Notes: generated by a model not told the origin, from the letters alone. A DNA stretch of 64,000 bases from an uncultured archaeon (GCA_964608675.1 CAZSOZ010000002.1:203013-267012); one strand, 5' to 3'. Numbered from the stretch's first letter, positions 29,765-39,240 are shown. Translations and numbers: made by a program.

Positions 29765-31060
29765 TCACTCAGTGAAAGCAGAAGCAGTTACGCCTCCGTC
29801 CCAGGAAAATCTAGGTCTAATCTTAACCATCCACAAATTCTCTGTATTGTCGTCAAGTATGAGTGCAAAGCCTTTTGAGCGAGGCATTTCTTGATAATAC
29901 CTGTCAAAGTTTTGATGCATGTAAGAAGGCCTTAAAGCAGAAACAGCCTCAATGTCTGGCTGGGAAGTCATTCTGTGGCTAATGAAAAGGTCACACTGGG
30001 AAATGGAATCAGGATGCAATTTGTTCGGCCTCTGGGTAGCAAGAACTAAACTTAGGCCAGGCTGTCTTCCAACTCGAACCCATTCAAGCAGGACTTTGAG
30101 AGCAATACTTTCACGGTCTTTTGGCATAAACATATGAGCTTCATCAATCAGCATCCAGACAATAGGCATATCTGATTCTTTTTTTTCTCCTTCAATTAAC
30201 TTTATTTCTTCTTCTTTTCTATACAGCATTCTTTCTTCAAATAATTTTTTTCCAAGCAAAGCAACAATGATTTCTCTTGTGCCTTCCATTCCAATTGCCT
30301 GCCTGTAAGCAGAAACATCAATAATAGTTATTTTTCCTGGTTCAGCTAAATCCTTGATTTTGGTTCCTTCTTTTTCAAACAAGCCCCAAGATTTTGCTAC
30401 TTTTAATCTTCCAATAACTGCGTCCTTTGTTTTTTTGTCTGCATCCTTGTCTAATTTAACTGCATCAATTAATTTCTTGAAGCCATACAATGTTCCAAGC
30501 TTTTCTTTTACTTCCTCAATTATTCTTGAAAGAAGAACTCCTTCTGGTTCCTTCCATGAAAGATTAAATAACGCAAGCCATTCTTCTGCTTCCAGTTCTG
30601 AAACCTTTAAAGTAAAAGGGCCATCCACAGGAATCTTTTTTTCTTTATAGAAATCAATTTTTCCTTTTGGAACCAAAACTCTTGCATCAGTTTTATCCGG
30701 AGTCAAATCCCAATTAAATAATTCAGCTTTTTCTTCTTTGTTTGGAATCTTTAAAGTCCAAAAAATTCCCACAGTATCAATTGCAATAACTGAAATTCTT
30801 TTTCTAACACTGATTGGAAGCCTTGCAAATTCTTCTAACATTACAGATAGAGTATATGACTTTCCGCCTCCGCGCTTTCCGCAAATTAAAACTACATGAG
30901 GTTTGGCTACATCCATTAAAATTTTTCTTCCCAAAACAGGGTTTTCCCCTGAACTCATTACAACTTTGCCGATATAAGCAGTGCCTTTTTCTTTATATTT
31001 TTCTAAATCATGAAGGCTTCTTCCAATAACCGTTTTTTTTTCACTTAAATCCAAAGCCAT
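29765..31060 (-). CDS. HerA/FtsK-superfamily P-loop ATPase (DUF87)
   Basis: PHVVLICGKRGGGKS Walker A, IDEAH Walker B, RVGRQPGLSLVLATQRP. Confidence 0.88.
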   Translation of the reverse strand: MALDLSEKKTVIGRSLHDLEKYKEKGTAYIGKVVMSSGENPVLGRKILMDVAKPHVVLICGKRGGGKSYTLSVMLEEFARLPISVRKRISVIAIDTVGIFWTLKIPNKEEKAELFNWDLTPDKTDARVLVPKGKIDFYKEKKIPVDGPFTLKVSELEAEEWLALFNLSWKEPEGVLLSRIIEEVKEKLGTLYGFKKLIDAVKLDKDADKKTKDAVIGRLKVAKSWGLFEKEGTKIKDLAEPGKITIIDVSAYRQAIGMEGTREIIVALLGKKLFEERMLYRKEEEIKLIEGEKKESDMPIVWMLIDEAHMFMPKDRESIALKVLLEWVRVGRQPGLSLVLATQRPNKLHPDSISQCDLFISHRMTSQPDIEAVSALRPSYMHQNFDRYYQEMPRSKGFALILDDNTENLWMVKIRPRFSWDGGVTASAFTE

Positions 31061-31267
31061 AAATCTCAATAATACAACACAAAACACAATTAAATAGTTT
31101 GCGTTTTTAATTGGATTATATAAAAAAAATATTGTTAACTCTTTATATTCAAAAAACCTATTTAAACACAAAAACTTAATTTAAAGTTTTTAGACAACAC
31201 TGTTTTAGTTTTTTTGTTTTAAAAACTTCCAAAAACCAATAAAAATAGTTTTAAACAAAAAAATATT

Positions 31268-31840
31268 ATGGAATACATTATAATTGACACTGAAACCTGT
31301 CCGGTGAAACTGGAAAAATATTTAGAATTAAGCGAAACAGACAGAAAAAAATTATTGAATCCAATTGACTCAAAAGTGTTTGCAGTCGGTTTAAGATATA
31401 ATTCAAAAAATATAGTTATTCAAAACAACAACGAAAAAGTAATGCTGGAAGAATTCTGGAAAGAACTTGAAAACTTTATCGGCAAAAACTTAAACAAAAA
31501 AATTGCAGGATTTAATATAAAAGATTTTGATTTGCCTTTTCTGGTTACAAGAAGCTTCATTAATAACGTAAAGGTTTTCCCATTTAAACTAAAAGAAATA
31601 ATTGATTTAAGAGAAAAAGTTTCAGCTTTCAGGTACGGATTTACAAGAGGAAAACTAAAAGAATTCGGAAAAGCATTAGAAATTGAACTGCCTGAAATGA
31701 ATGGAAGCATGGTTGCAGAAGAATGCATTAAAGGAAACACAGAAAAAATCAAAGAATACTTAAACAAGGACTTGGAAATAACAGAAAAAATGCTTAAAAG
31801 AATAATTGAAACAAACATAATTGAAATAGAAAGATGGTAG
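31268..31840 (+). CDS. DnaQ/RNase H-like 3'-5' exonuclease (DEDDy)
   Basis: IDTET (ExoI), GFNIKDFDLPFL (ExoII), EYLNKDL (ExoIII). Confidence 0.8.
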   Translation: MEYIIIDTETCPVKLEKYLELSETDRKKLLNPIDSKVFAVGLRYNSKNIVIQNNNEKVMLEEFWKELENFIGKNLNKKIAGFNIKDFDLPFLVTRSFINNVKVFPFKLKEIIDLREKVSAFRYGFTRGKLKEFGKALEIELPEMNGSMVAEECIKGNTEKIKEYLNKDLEITEKMLKRIIETNIIEIERW

Positions 31841-31857
31841 CCTAAAGCAATGCCAAA

Positions 31858-32934
31858 TTAAAAAAAGACATTGAATAAATAACCCAAAACAAGAATTTGA
31901 GGCACAGTAATTAAAGGAACAAAAAAAGCAGTTCTTTTTCCAATGTTGCTGTACAACAATCCAATCTCAGTGTAATCAGTTGCAACTCCAGCCATCAAAA
32001 AAACAAAACTGTTTCCAAAAGCTCCTGTCTGATTAAAGATTTCAAAAGCCAAGGGAGCAGTTCCCTCACTGCACACTTCAATTATTGTTGCAAGAATCAA
32101 AGTAATGAACAACCCAAAAATGGTCGCGCCCAAATAAGCTGAAAACATTTCATGAGAAATATAAGCTCTTGCAAGGCTGGCGAAAAACATTCCAATCAAA
32201 ATCCACCATAAAACCATTTTAGTTAACCTCCAGCTTCCCTTTAAAATTCCAATAAAAGTTTTTTTTAAAGCAGAAAAAGAAAAAGAATAATTCTGAAACC
32301 TTTGCTTTACATCCTTCCTAATAGAAAAAATTTTATCTTCTTTAACCTGCCTGCTTGGTTCAATTAAATTTTTTCTGTCAAGAGCCTGAAAAACTAATCC
32401 AGTAATAACTGCAATAATAACAGCAGAAACAATAATGAAAAAAGCCTTAACACCAAAAAACCCAAACAATAAAATTGTTATCGGCAAATTTGCCCAAGGA
32501 GAAGCAATCAAAAAAGCAATAACAGAAGGAATTGAAGCTCCCTTTTTATATAATTCAATTGCAATAGCAAGAATTCCATGAGAACACGCAGACATCAAAA
32601 AACCAAAAATAACTGAATAAAAAATAGTTCTCTTCTTTTTTTTAGATAAAAATTTTTGAATGTATTGCTCAGGAACAAGATAATCAATTACTCCTCCTAA
32701 AAAAAAACCTAAAAGCAAAGCCCACCAAATTAAATCCAAATAATCAACAAAAGCAGTTAAAACTGGATTCAAAAAAGAAACAAAAAAAGAAATTACAAGA
32801 AAAATTCCAATAAATAAACTAACCAAAAAAAGCTTTTCCTTGTACCATTTTTTTTGAGGTTCAGCACAATGAATGCATTTTTCTTCACTTTCTTTTTGTA
32901 AATGATTATGTTCATAGTCAAGTCCATGTTTCAT
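31858..32934 (-). CDS. DUF318/ArsP-like permease with His/Cys-rich N-terminus
   Basis: ACSHGILAIA, FLIASPWAN, EVCSEG, FLMAGVATD; N-terminal HNH..CIHC. Confidence 0.82.
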   Translation of the reverse strand: MKHGLDYEHNHLQKESEEKCIHCAEPQKKWYKEKLFLVSLFIGIFLVISFFVSFLNPVLTAFVDYLDLIWWALLLGFFLGGVIDYLVPEQYIQKFLSKKKKRTIFYSVIFGFLMSACSHGILAIAIELYKKGASIPSVIAFLIASPWANLPITILLFGFFGVKAFFIIVSAVIIAVITGLVFQALDRKNLIEPSRQVKEDKIFSIRKDVKQRFQNYSFSFSALKKTFIGILKGSWRLTKMVLWWILIGMFFASLARAYISHEMFSAYLGATIFGLFITLILATIIEVCSEGTAPLAFEIFNQTGAFGNSFVFLMAGVATDYTEIGLLYSNIGKRTAFFVPLITVPQILVLGYLFNVFF

Positions 32935-32935
32935 A

Positions 32936-32949
32936 TAAGGTTTACCTAA
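32936..32949. promoter_or_regulatory. DtxR-type operator (TTAGGTAAACCTTA on minus strand)
   Basis: One mismatch to TTAGG-N4-CCTAA, immediately upstream of the permease ATG. Confidence 0.6.
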
Positions 32950-33250
32950 GAAAAGTATTAAAAGAATTAGTGGAAAAACGCTTTGCTAAAAAGCAAAGCG
33001 CTCCAAAGTTCTGCAAATTTTTAGGAAGTTTTTTTTCTTTTATGGCAAAGAAGGTTTTTTTGGTTTTTAATGAACCTTTTTTGAAAAAGGTTCTGGTATT
33101 GAAAGTAAAGGAAGTTAAGCAACTTTTTGGTTTTTTGATAAATCTTTTTTCTGAAAAAAGGTTTTGTGCCAAACTGAAAATTTTTTTTTAAAACTGGGGG
33201 GTTTTAATTAGTGATTTTACAGCTTGGCACAAATGGTGGGAGTAAACTCT

Positions 33251-33718
33251 TTATCTCTTGATAAAGTATAATACTTTTTTTCCTGACTGGGCTTTCTTTA
33301 GGTATCCTTCCTTAAACAATTTATTTAACCTCTGAGAGGCAGCATTAACTCCTTTGTAATCCAGTTTTGACTGAACTTCAGAGGCAGTGACTGCGTTTTT
33401 TTCTGAGATTAAATCCATTATTTTTTTGTCTTGTTCTGCAAGCAAAACAAAAGAATTTTCTTCTTTTACTTCAGAAGGAGAACCTGTTTTTAATTCCAGC
33501 ATTATTTTGTCGTATTTTTCGTTGATGTCATTGAGTATTTTGTTTGTTGCTTCCCTTTCCTGTGCCAACTTAAATAACAGCATTGCAACGAACATTGGGT
33601 CCTTGCTTTGCTGGAACACTTCATGAATGTCCATAGTAAGTTCATCGAATTTCGGAGAAAGCTTTTTTACGGTTTCCCTGCTTTTCAATAACTCTTCAAA
33701 CATGTCATGATTGTTCAT
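33251..33718 (-). CDS. Coiled-coil plus C-terminal winged-helix DNA-binding protein
   Basis: C-terminal LAEQDKKIMDLI..VTASEVQSKLDY..AASQRLNKL..GYLKK..GKKVLY wHTH pattern. Confidence 0.7.
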   Translation of the reverse strand: MNNHDMFEELLKSRETVKKLSPKFDELTMDIHEVFQQSKDPMFVAMLLFKLAQEREATNKILNDINEKYDKIMLELKTGSPSEVKEENSFVLLAEQDKKIMDLISEKNAVTASEVQSKLDYKGVNAASQRLNKLFKEGYLKKAQSGKKVLYFIKR

Positions 33719-33742
33719 GTCATATCATGATAGCATCATGAT
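33705..33742. promoter_or_regulatory. Helically phased TCATG(A) palindrome array over the start of the wHTH gene
   Basis: TCATG at 33705, 33715, 33725 and 33736, adjoining a TTTAAATA box on the minus strand. Confidence 0.5.
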
Positions 33743-33885
33743 ATTTAAATACTTTTCGTTCGAGGAAATAAAACCAGCATTTATAAAGGAAAGTTATATA
33801 TGCAAACCCAGAACCGGTTTTCTTCAAATTCCTTTCAATTATTTTTTAAGTCATGCTGTTCATTTTTTCTTCAAGCTCTCTTTCT

Positions 33886-34056
33886 TCAGTCATAAGTAAA
33901 AGCAGTCACTTCTCCGCCAGTTATTTCCTGAAAGCCTGCAACAAATTTTCCGCCAACCCCTCTTGTTCTACAAGTTATTCCTATAACCAAACCCAAATTT
34001 TTTACTATCTTATATTCATAGAGAATAGGCATAGTCACCATACAGATATCAACCAT
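33886..34056 (-). pseudogene. Truncated YbjQ/UPF0145-family gene
   Basis: MVDICMVTMPILYEYKIVKNLGLVIGITCRTRGVGGKFVAGFQEITGGEVTAFTYD*; N-terminal half of YbjQ only. Confidence 0.7.
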
Positions 34057-34120
34057 AAAATCAGCTAAATAATAAAGCTTTCTTTATTTTAAATATTCCT
34101 CGTTTTACGTTATGTTTAAG

Positions 34121-34156
34121 CCATATATATAATTAAAACCAAAAACAACACTTTCA
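34121..34156. repeat. 36-bp direct repeat, copy 1
   Basis: ccatatatataattaaaaccaaaaacaacactttca; 33/36 identical to 34866..34901. Confidence 0.85.
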
Positions 34157-34567
34157 CAAAAATTCAACAAGTTGTTTTGTTGAATAAACCTTGACTTTAT
34201 TTTGTTTCTTGAAATGCTTGTCGTCAGACCAAATAGGAATATTTCCTAACTCAAGTGAAAGAGCAATAAAAACAACGTCATCAACATCAATTTCTTTCAT
34301 TATTTTAAGTGCCTTATTAATTGAATTCTTTGAAATTTCTTCCTCAGAAAAAACCTTTATTTTAGACATCAATTTTTGCATTAACGAATTAAATTCATCT
34401 TCATTAATTCTGGCTTTCTTTTTTATTAAGGGCTTGTATTTGACTACTTCCTTTAAACCAAATTCAACTGTAAAGAAAGAAAACTTCCTGCTTAAAAGAA
34501 TTCTCCTGCTATACCCATCTTTAATCAAAGAGGCGATAATCCTGTTTGAGTCTGCAACTAGCTCCAT
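34154..34567 (-). CDS. PIN-domain toxin (VapC-like)
   Basis: LVADSNRIIASL, DVDDVVFIALSL, IWSDDKHF. Confidence 0.88.
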   Translation of the reverse strand: MELVADSNRIIASLIKDGYSRRILLSRKFSFFTVEFGLKEVVKYKPLIKKKARINEDEFNSLMQKLMSKIKVFSEEEISKNSINKALKIMKEIDVDDVVFIALSLELGNIPIWSDDKHFKKQNKVKVYSTKQLVEFL

Positions 34568-34797
34568 GAACCAAACCTTTTCTCAAACCTTTTCCTGATT
34601 TCAGCCTTAATTTTATGCCCTATTTCTTCAGCATCCTTTTCAGTAAACTCGCTGTCCTTTAAAACCTTATCCATCCACTCCAGTTCTTCAACTCTTTTCT
34701 CAAAAGCTTCTCTTGCAACCTCGCTCCATCTCACTTCAGAATGCTTTTTCATTCTCTCCCTTAAAGGATTTGGAATAGCCAAAGTCATATTAGCCAT
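34558..34797 (-). CDS. Putative ribbon-helix-helix antitoxin
   Basis: MANMTLAIPNPLRERMKKHSEVRWSEVAREAF; overlaps the PIN gene start. Confidence 0.8.
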   Translation of the reverse strand: MANMTLAIPNPLRERMKKHSEVRWSEVAREAFEKRVEELEWMDKVLKDSEFTEKDAEEIGHKIKAEIRKRFEKRFGSWS

Positions 34798-34865
34798 AAA
34801 AATACCACCAAAATAATTATGTGAAAACACATATTTAAACATTTGGTTTGTTTTCAGAAAATCCT

Positions 34866-34901
34866 CCATATATATAATTAAAACCAAAACCATTACTTTC
34901 A
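34866..34901. repeat. 36-bp direct repeat, copy 2
   Basis: ccatatatataattaaaaccaaaaccattactttca. Confidence 0.85.
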
Positions 34902-34960
34902 TAAATATATTTTTCGGTTTAAAATTTCAATAAAAAGATAAATTATATAAATTTATATAA

Positions 34961-35251
34961 TTAGATTTTTGAAAGGAATTTTTCTAAATCCCTGTAATTC
35001 TTTTTTCTTTCAAGAAGACACACAAGCAAAATGTTTGGTTCCAAAATAACATAAATTAATCTGGTTTCTTTTCCCTGAAGATTAAACCTGACTCGAAAAA
35101 CTTTTCTGAAATGCCTTGAGCGAATTGCTTTAAACCTGAAAGGATCCTGTTTTATTAATTTGATTTTTTCTTTTATTTTTGCCTTGCTTTTCTCATCCAA
35201 AGCATTTACTTGCCTAATAAAAGTTCCCAAAGACTTAACCTGAAAAGTCAT
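34961..35251 (-). CDS. RelE/ParE-family toxin
   Basis: Basic 96 aa, FIRQVNALD..KIKEKIKLIKQDP, FRVRF, RLIY; ATGA-coupled to upstream gene. Confidence 0.75.
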   Translation of the reverse strand: MTFQVKSLGTFIRQVNALDEKSKAKIKEKIKLIKQDPFRFKAIRSRHFRKVFRVRFNLQGKETRLIYVILEPNILLVCLLERKKNYRDLEKFLSKI

Positions 35252-35502
35252 TCCAGTGCCTTCATCAGCTCTTTTTCATCAACAAAATCTTTTTTCTTTA
35301 AAGACTTTTCAATTATTTTATCAATCAACTCAATCTCTTTTTCAGAAAAAGATTCATCATAATCACTTTTCTCAAAAATCTTTTCCCTTAAAGAATCTGC
35401 AATCAAATCCTGGACATTCCTGTAGCCATAGCTTTCAGCAAAGGACTCGGCAGACTTATACAGAACAGAAGACATCTTAACATTAACCTGTTTGGTATCC
35501 AT
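35248..35502 (-). CDS. Putative RHH antitoxin
   Basis: QVNVKMS..LY..AE..AESYGYRNVQDLIADSLREK with acidic tail. Confidence 0.72.
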   Translation of the reverse strand: MDTKQVNVKMSSVLYKSAESFAESYGYRNVQDLIADSLREKIFEKSDYDESFSEKEIELIDKIIEKSLKKKDFVDEKELMKALE

Positions 35503-35549
35503 AGATATCAATAGATACCTAAGGTTTTTTAACTTTTTTTGTTCGTTGA

Positions 35550-35735
35550 TTCAGGATTTCCATATTCTAAAAAACAAATTTGCAAATAACTTAAAATTCA
35601 AGAGAGGAACTGGAATGATTAATGAAGTTCTGGTAAAATCCTTTTGCCAGAACATCTGTGTATTAATTCAGGAAATCCATGAAATTGGCTTAGAAGTCAA
35701 TTATTGTGCAAAAATCATGCCCTGTACAACAAACA
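35550..35735 (+). mobile_element. C-terminal remnant of a DDE transposase (IS4/IS5-like); boundaries approximate
   Basis: FHILKNKFANNLKFK..GMINEVLVKSFCQNICVLIQEIHEIG resembles the F.MIK.KFG...S.....NE.L.K.ICHNICV.IQE.HELG tail of archaeal DDE transposases; N-terminus missing. Confidence 0.6.
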
Positions 35736-35994
35736 CTTTTATTGAATTATTTGCCATGCAAAGCCTGCACCTGTTTTTAAAAAAAAAGTTTTTAAACTTT
35801 AAAAAATATTGTTTTTCAATAAAAACCAAAAAAAAGTTAACTTCAAAAAAAAACCCTTAAAAAAAGAACAAAAAATGGAAGAGAAATAACTTTTGAAAGA
35901 AATACTTTAAGCAGGCTGATGGATTTGGAATCCAAAAATTGAATTCAGAAAAAAAACTTAAAAAATAAAAAGAAAAAAAAGAAGGGAATTGAAA

Positions 35995-36267
35995 TCATTT
36001 TTTCATTGTGATTTCAATTGAAGAAACTTTTAAGGGCCCACCTTCTTCTGATGGAATCTCTTCTGTTGCAGTTGTAATTGAATCAACTTTTAGGTCTTTC
36101 ATAAACTTGTTTCTGACAATTTCTGATACATCAACTGCTCTTGAAATTGCTTTTCCTCTGGCTTTAATTGTTATATCACTTGCTCCTGAATTAACTTGAG
36201 TTACAACAGCTAAAACATAAGCCATGGTCCCTTTTTTTCCGATAAAAATAGTATTTTCTTCTGCCAT
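35995..36267 (-). CDS. albA: DNA/RNA-binding protein Alba
   Basis: [37 protein letters not shown]. Confidence 0.96.
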   Translation of the reverse strand: MAEENTIFIGKKGTMAYVLAVVTQVNSGASDITIKARGKAISRAVDVSEIVRNKFMKDLKVDSITTATEEIPSEEGGPLKVSSIEITMKK

Positions 36268-36397
36268 AATTACTGCACCTCCAAAATGTTATTTATAGTT
36301 TACTGAATATGGCTGTAATTAATAATGAAAGCTTGTATTTATTAAACTTGCGTTAAAGAAAAAAAACAGAAAAAATAAGAAGAAAACTTGAGATAAT

Positions 36398-37246
36398 TTA
36401 TCTCAAGTAGTTTAGTGTTGCATCAAAGATTCCTTTTGAAATTCCGGGATCGTATCCAAAATAAAGGCTTTTTCCAATTACAAGCTTTTTTTCTACGATT
36501 GCCGGATACTGATTTACTTCCTGTTCGAATGGATACATTTCAATCCATGCAATCTGATTTCCTGAAATATTAACCGGAAGAGTTTCAAGCAAATAATTAT
36601 AGCCTTCTTCTCTTGGAGCATAATCGATTCCTTTCATTATAGAATGCTTTGGGTCATCCCTGTAAATTCTTCCTGTAACATACACGTTTTTAATACAGCT
36701 GGGAATATCATCTTCTCCTTCTAAATCACAGGTAACAGGAACAATGTCTCCAAAAGTTGCTTCCCATCCAAGAATAGCTGAATCATTTGTTCTTCGAATT
36801 CCTGAATCCATTACTAAAATAAATTTGCCTCCAGAAGAAACATAACTCTGAATTGCTTCTCCTAACTGCCTTGAAATATCTTTTTCTGCTTCCAGATGCT
36901 GATCTAAAACAACAACATCATATTGAGCTAAAGTTGCTTCAGGATTTGTTTTAAGCCTGTCAGCACTTCTAATTTGATACCTTACTAAATCCTTTGATTG
37001 ATTTAAAACAGTTTTAAAGTCATCTGAAGGGCTTCCAATAATCAGCATTTCCATTGGACCTCTGTCTGTAAGGCCAGGAATATGCCAGAAACCAAATTGA
37101 TGCCCTAAAAAAGCAATTATAACAAGAATTAAAATTAATGGAATTATTCCTTCCAAAGAATACTTTAATTTTGACTGAACTCCTGAATCCCCTGAATCAA
37201 AATCCTGTGGAACTGGTTCAGGTGCCATTCCGCCTTCATCGTACAT
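36398..37246 (-). CDS. Membrane-anchored hypothetical protein with GATase1-like Rossmann domain (paralog of 38184..39146)
   Basis: N-terminal TM; LAQYDVVVLD...IQSYVSSGGKFILVMDSG; GGAGG SD. Confidence 0.65.
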   Translation of the reverse strand: MYDEGGMAPEPVPQDFDSGDSGVQSKLKYSLEGIIPLILILVIIAFLGHQFGFWHIPGLTDRGPMEMLIIGSPSDDFKTVLNQSKDLVRYQIRSADRLKTNPEATLAQYDVVVLDQHLEAEKDISRQLGEAIQSYVSSGGKFILVMDSGIRRTNDSAILGWEATFGDIVPVTCDLEGEDDIPSCIKNVYVTGRIYRDDPKHSIMKGIDYAPREEGYNYLLETLPVNISGNQIAWIEMYPFEQEVNQYPAIVEKKLVIGKSLYFGYDPGISKGIFDATLNYLR

Positions 37247-37417
37247 TCTCTTTCCTCCTAAACTTTTTATATACATTAATTGTATTTAGTTCTTTAAATA
37301 TTTTATGTTAATTAAATGGAAATATTAAAGCTTTTTAATATTTAAAGCTTTCTAATGCATTTTTTTTGCTTCAAAAAAAAAGAAAAATTAATAAACAAAA
37401 AAAAATAAAGTATTAAC

Positions 37418-38077
37418 ATGAAAAAAAATTTTTTGATTTTAATTTTAATTTTAATTGTTTTCTTTTTTGGCTGTTACGGCCCTGAACCTGCAGGAGAACT
37501 TGAAATGCAATTTGAATCCAGCGGATGCAAGAAAAACTTTAACGCAAATAAAACAATTGAACAAAAATGGCTGGATGAAGCAACACTTCAAATTAAAGTT
37601 TTTGTCAGCCTGAATTGCGCAGACAAAATAATTGAAGGAGACTTAGATATAAAAGGAAACAAAATGGTTTTATCATTACTGGAATCAGACAATTACCCTA
37701 AACTGAAATGCACATGCCTTCAAGAAGCAAAATACACAATACATAACTTGCAAAAAAGAGATTATGAAATAGAATTATACAGAAAACAAAAAACAATTAC
37801 TGAAGGAAACTTTGAATGGAAAAAAGAAAAAGAAGGAATCTGGAAAAGAACAAAAATTGAATGCGAATACGAATTCAATTATTTATGCGAAGAATTCTGT
37901 TATGAAAACAAAGAAGTTGAAGTAATTGAAAACATTAAATGGAATCCATGGAACTGCGAATGGAAGGAATTCTTTGAAAAAACCACGGCTCCTGACAAAA
38001 AAAAAGTTTTATGCTTTGAACACGGTTGCATGCCCGAAAAAAACTGTGAACTGGCCTGTCCTGATTACCAAAACTGA
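37418..38077 (+). CDS. Cys-rich hypothetical lipoprotein
   Basis: MKKN + hydrophobic stretch + FFGC; NCAD, KCTC and many C-terminal Cys. Confidence 0.7.
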   Translation: MKKNFLILILILIVFFFGCYGPEPAGELEMQFESSGCKKNFNANKTIEQKWLDEATLQIKVFVSLNCADKIIEGDLDIKGNKMVLSLLESDNYPKLKCTCLQEAKYTIHNLQKRDYEIELYRKQKTITEGNFEWKKEKEGIWKRTKIECEYEFNYLCEEFCYENKEVEVIENIKWNPWNCEWKEFFEKTTAPDKKKVLCFEHGCMPEKNCELACPDYQN

Positions 38078-38140
38078 ACAAAGTAAAATAGAACATGTTC
38101 TTAAATAGTAAAACAACAAGTCTCACATCAGTTGATTTCA

Positions 38141-38184
38141 GTGCTATCCCAGATAGCACGCATTACAGCCGGACGCAACCGGCT
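38141..38184. other. Tandem GC-rich hairpins between convergent genes
   Basis: GTGCTATC-cca-GATAGCAC and AGCCGG-acgcaa-CCGGCT. Confidence 0.55.
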
Positions 38185-39146
38185 TATTCAATCAAAGCAT
38201 AATACATGTTTTCTACAAACAAAAAAGTTTTTTTAGGCTGTCCTTCCATTGCAAAAGTTTCAGGAGGAACAGCATAATACACTACGCTTTCACCTAAACC
38301 TGAAGGAGAAGAAACCATTATTACAGGAAAAGTGTCACCGTAATTTGTTCCCTTAGAATCAACAATTCCTTTTTCGTCAATTACTGCACTTAATGAATCA
38401 ACAGATAAAACTTCATTGTTATATTTATCCAAGCGTTTTTTTACAATAGAAAAATTTCCTCTCATTTCAAATTTAGGATTAAGTCCTTTAATTAAATCAT
38501 GTGCTTCCCCAGGAGTTTTTCTAAAGTAGCCAATAAAAGGAAGATCATTCTGGCATTTTTTTATTTCACAAAAATTTCCAATAAATTCAACAGACAAAAG
38601 CTTGTCTAATTCAACTGCATAATTTCCGTCGTCTCTTGAAACTTTTCTTGCCCACGGACTAATTGGGGTATCAGGGCTTCCTGGATTTCTTTCTGATTCC
38701 AACAAAAGTTTGTCGTCTTCATACGGTTGAGTTCCTGAATCAGCAATCCAAACTAGTTTTCCTCCTGCTGCAGCATAATCAATAAACAACTGCATTTCTT
38801 CAGTACTCATTTTTTTTGCTCTGTCAACAATAACTAATTTATAGTTTTTTAATAAACCCGGACTAATGTATTTTAATTGATACAAATCTGCTCTCTTGCC
38901 TAAATGTTGGGGATGCTCAATTGCATTCTTTAACAAAAAGGGATCCCCTAAACCTTCTTCTCCGTAAACAATCAGAATATTTGGTTCTCCTGCAAAAAAA
39001 TAATAAACAGAACACCATCCAGGAATAGAAGAACATTTTGTTATACCTGCCCAAGTTAAAATTCCAAGGATTACTGCAACCAAAAAAATTAAAGTTAAAA
39101 CATGAAATGTGTCAGTTAAATATCTTCTTATCTGAGTTTCTTCCAT
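38184..39146 (-). CDS. Membrane-anchored hypothetical protein with GATase1-like Rossmann domain
   Basis: N-terminal TM; LKNYKLVIVD...FIDYAAAGGKLVWIADSG. Confidence 0.65.
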   Translation of the reverse strand: MEETQIRRYLTDTFHVLTLIFLVAVILGILTWAGITKCSSIPGWCSVYYFFAGEPNILIVYGEEGLGDPFLLKNAIEHPQHLGKRADLYQLKYISPGLLKNYKLVIVDRAKKMSTEEMQLFIDYAAAGGKLVWIADSGTQPYEDDKLLLESERNPGSPDTPISPWARKVSRDDGNYAVELDKLLSVEFIGNFCEIKKCQNDLPFIGYFRKTPGEAHDLIKGLNPKFEMRGNFSIVKKRLDKYNNEVLSVDSLSAVIDEKGIVDSKGTNYGDTFPVIMVSSPSGLGESVVYYAVPPETFAMEGQPKKTFLFVENMYYALIE

Positions 39147-39240
39147 TAAACATTACCTTTTTAATTCCTCTTAAATCCAATTATAATAGAATTTATTTCT
39201 TATTAAACTTTTTGTTAAAAGAATATTAAAGTGATGTTTA

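Noticed and set aside
32942-33191. Overlapping 73-76 aa ORFs in the T-rich gap
   Set aside because: Low complexity on both strands and no family signal; treated as intergenic
34121-34901. Direct repeats as a CRISPR array or integron attC sites
   Set aside because: Only two good copies about 745 bp apart, no cas or intI gene, and no attC-type RYYYAAC...GTTRRRY hairpin
35492-35860. 122-aa ORF as a functional gene
   Set aside because: Only the central part resembles a transposase C-terminus and the flanks are low complexity; listed as a remnant instead
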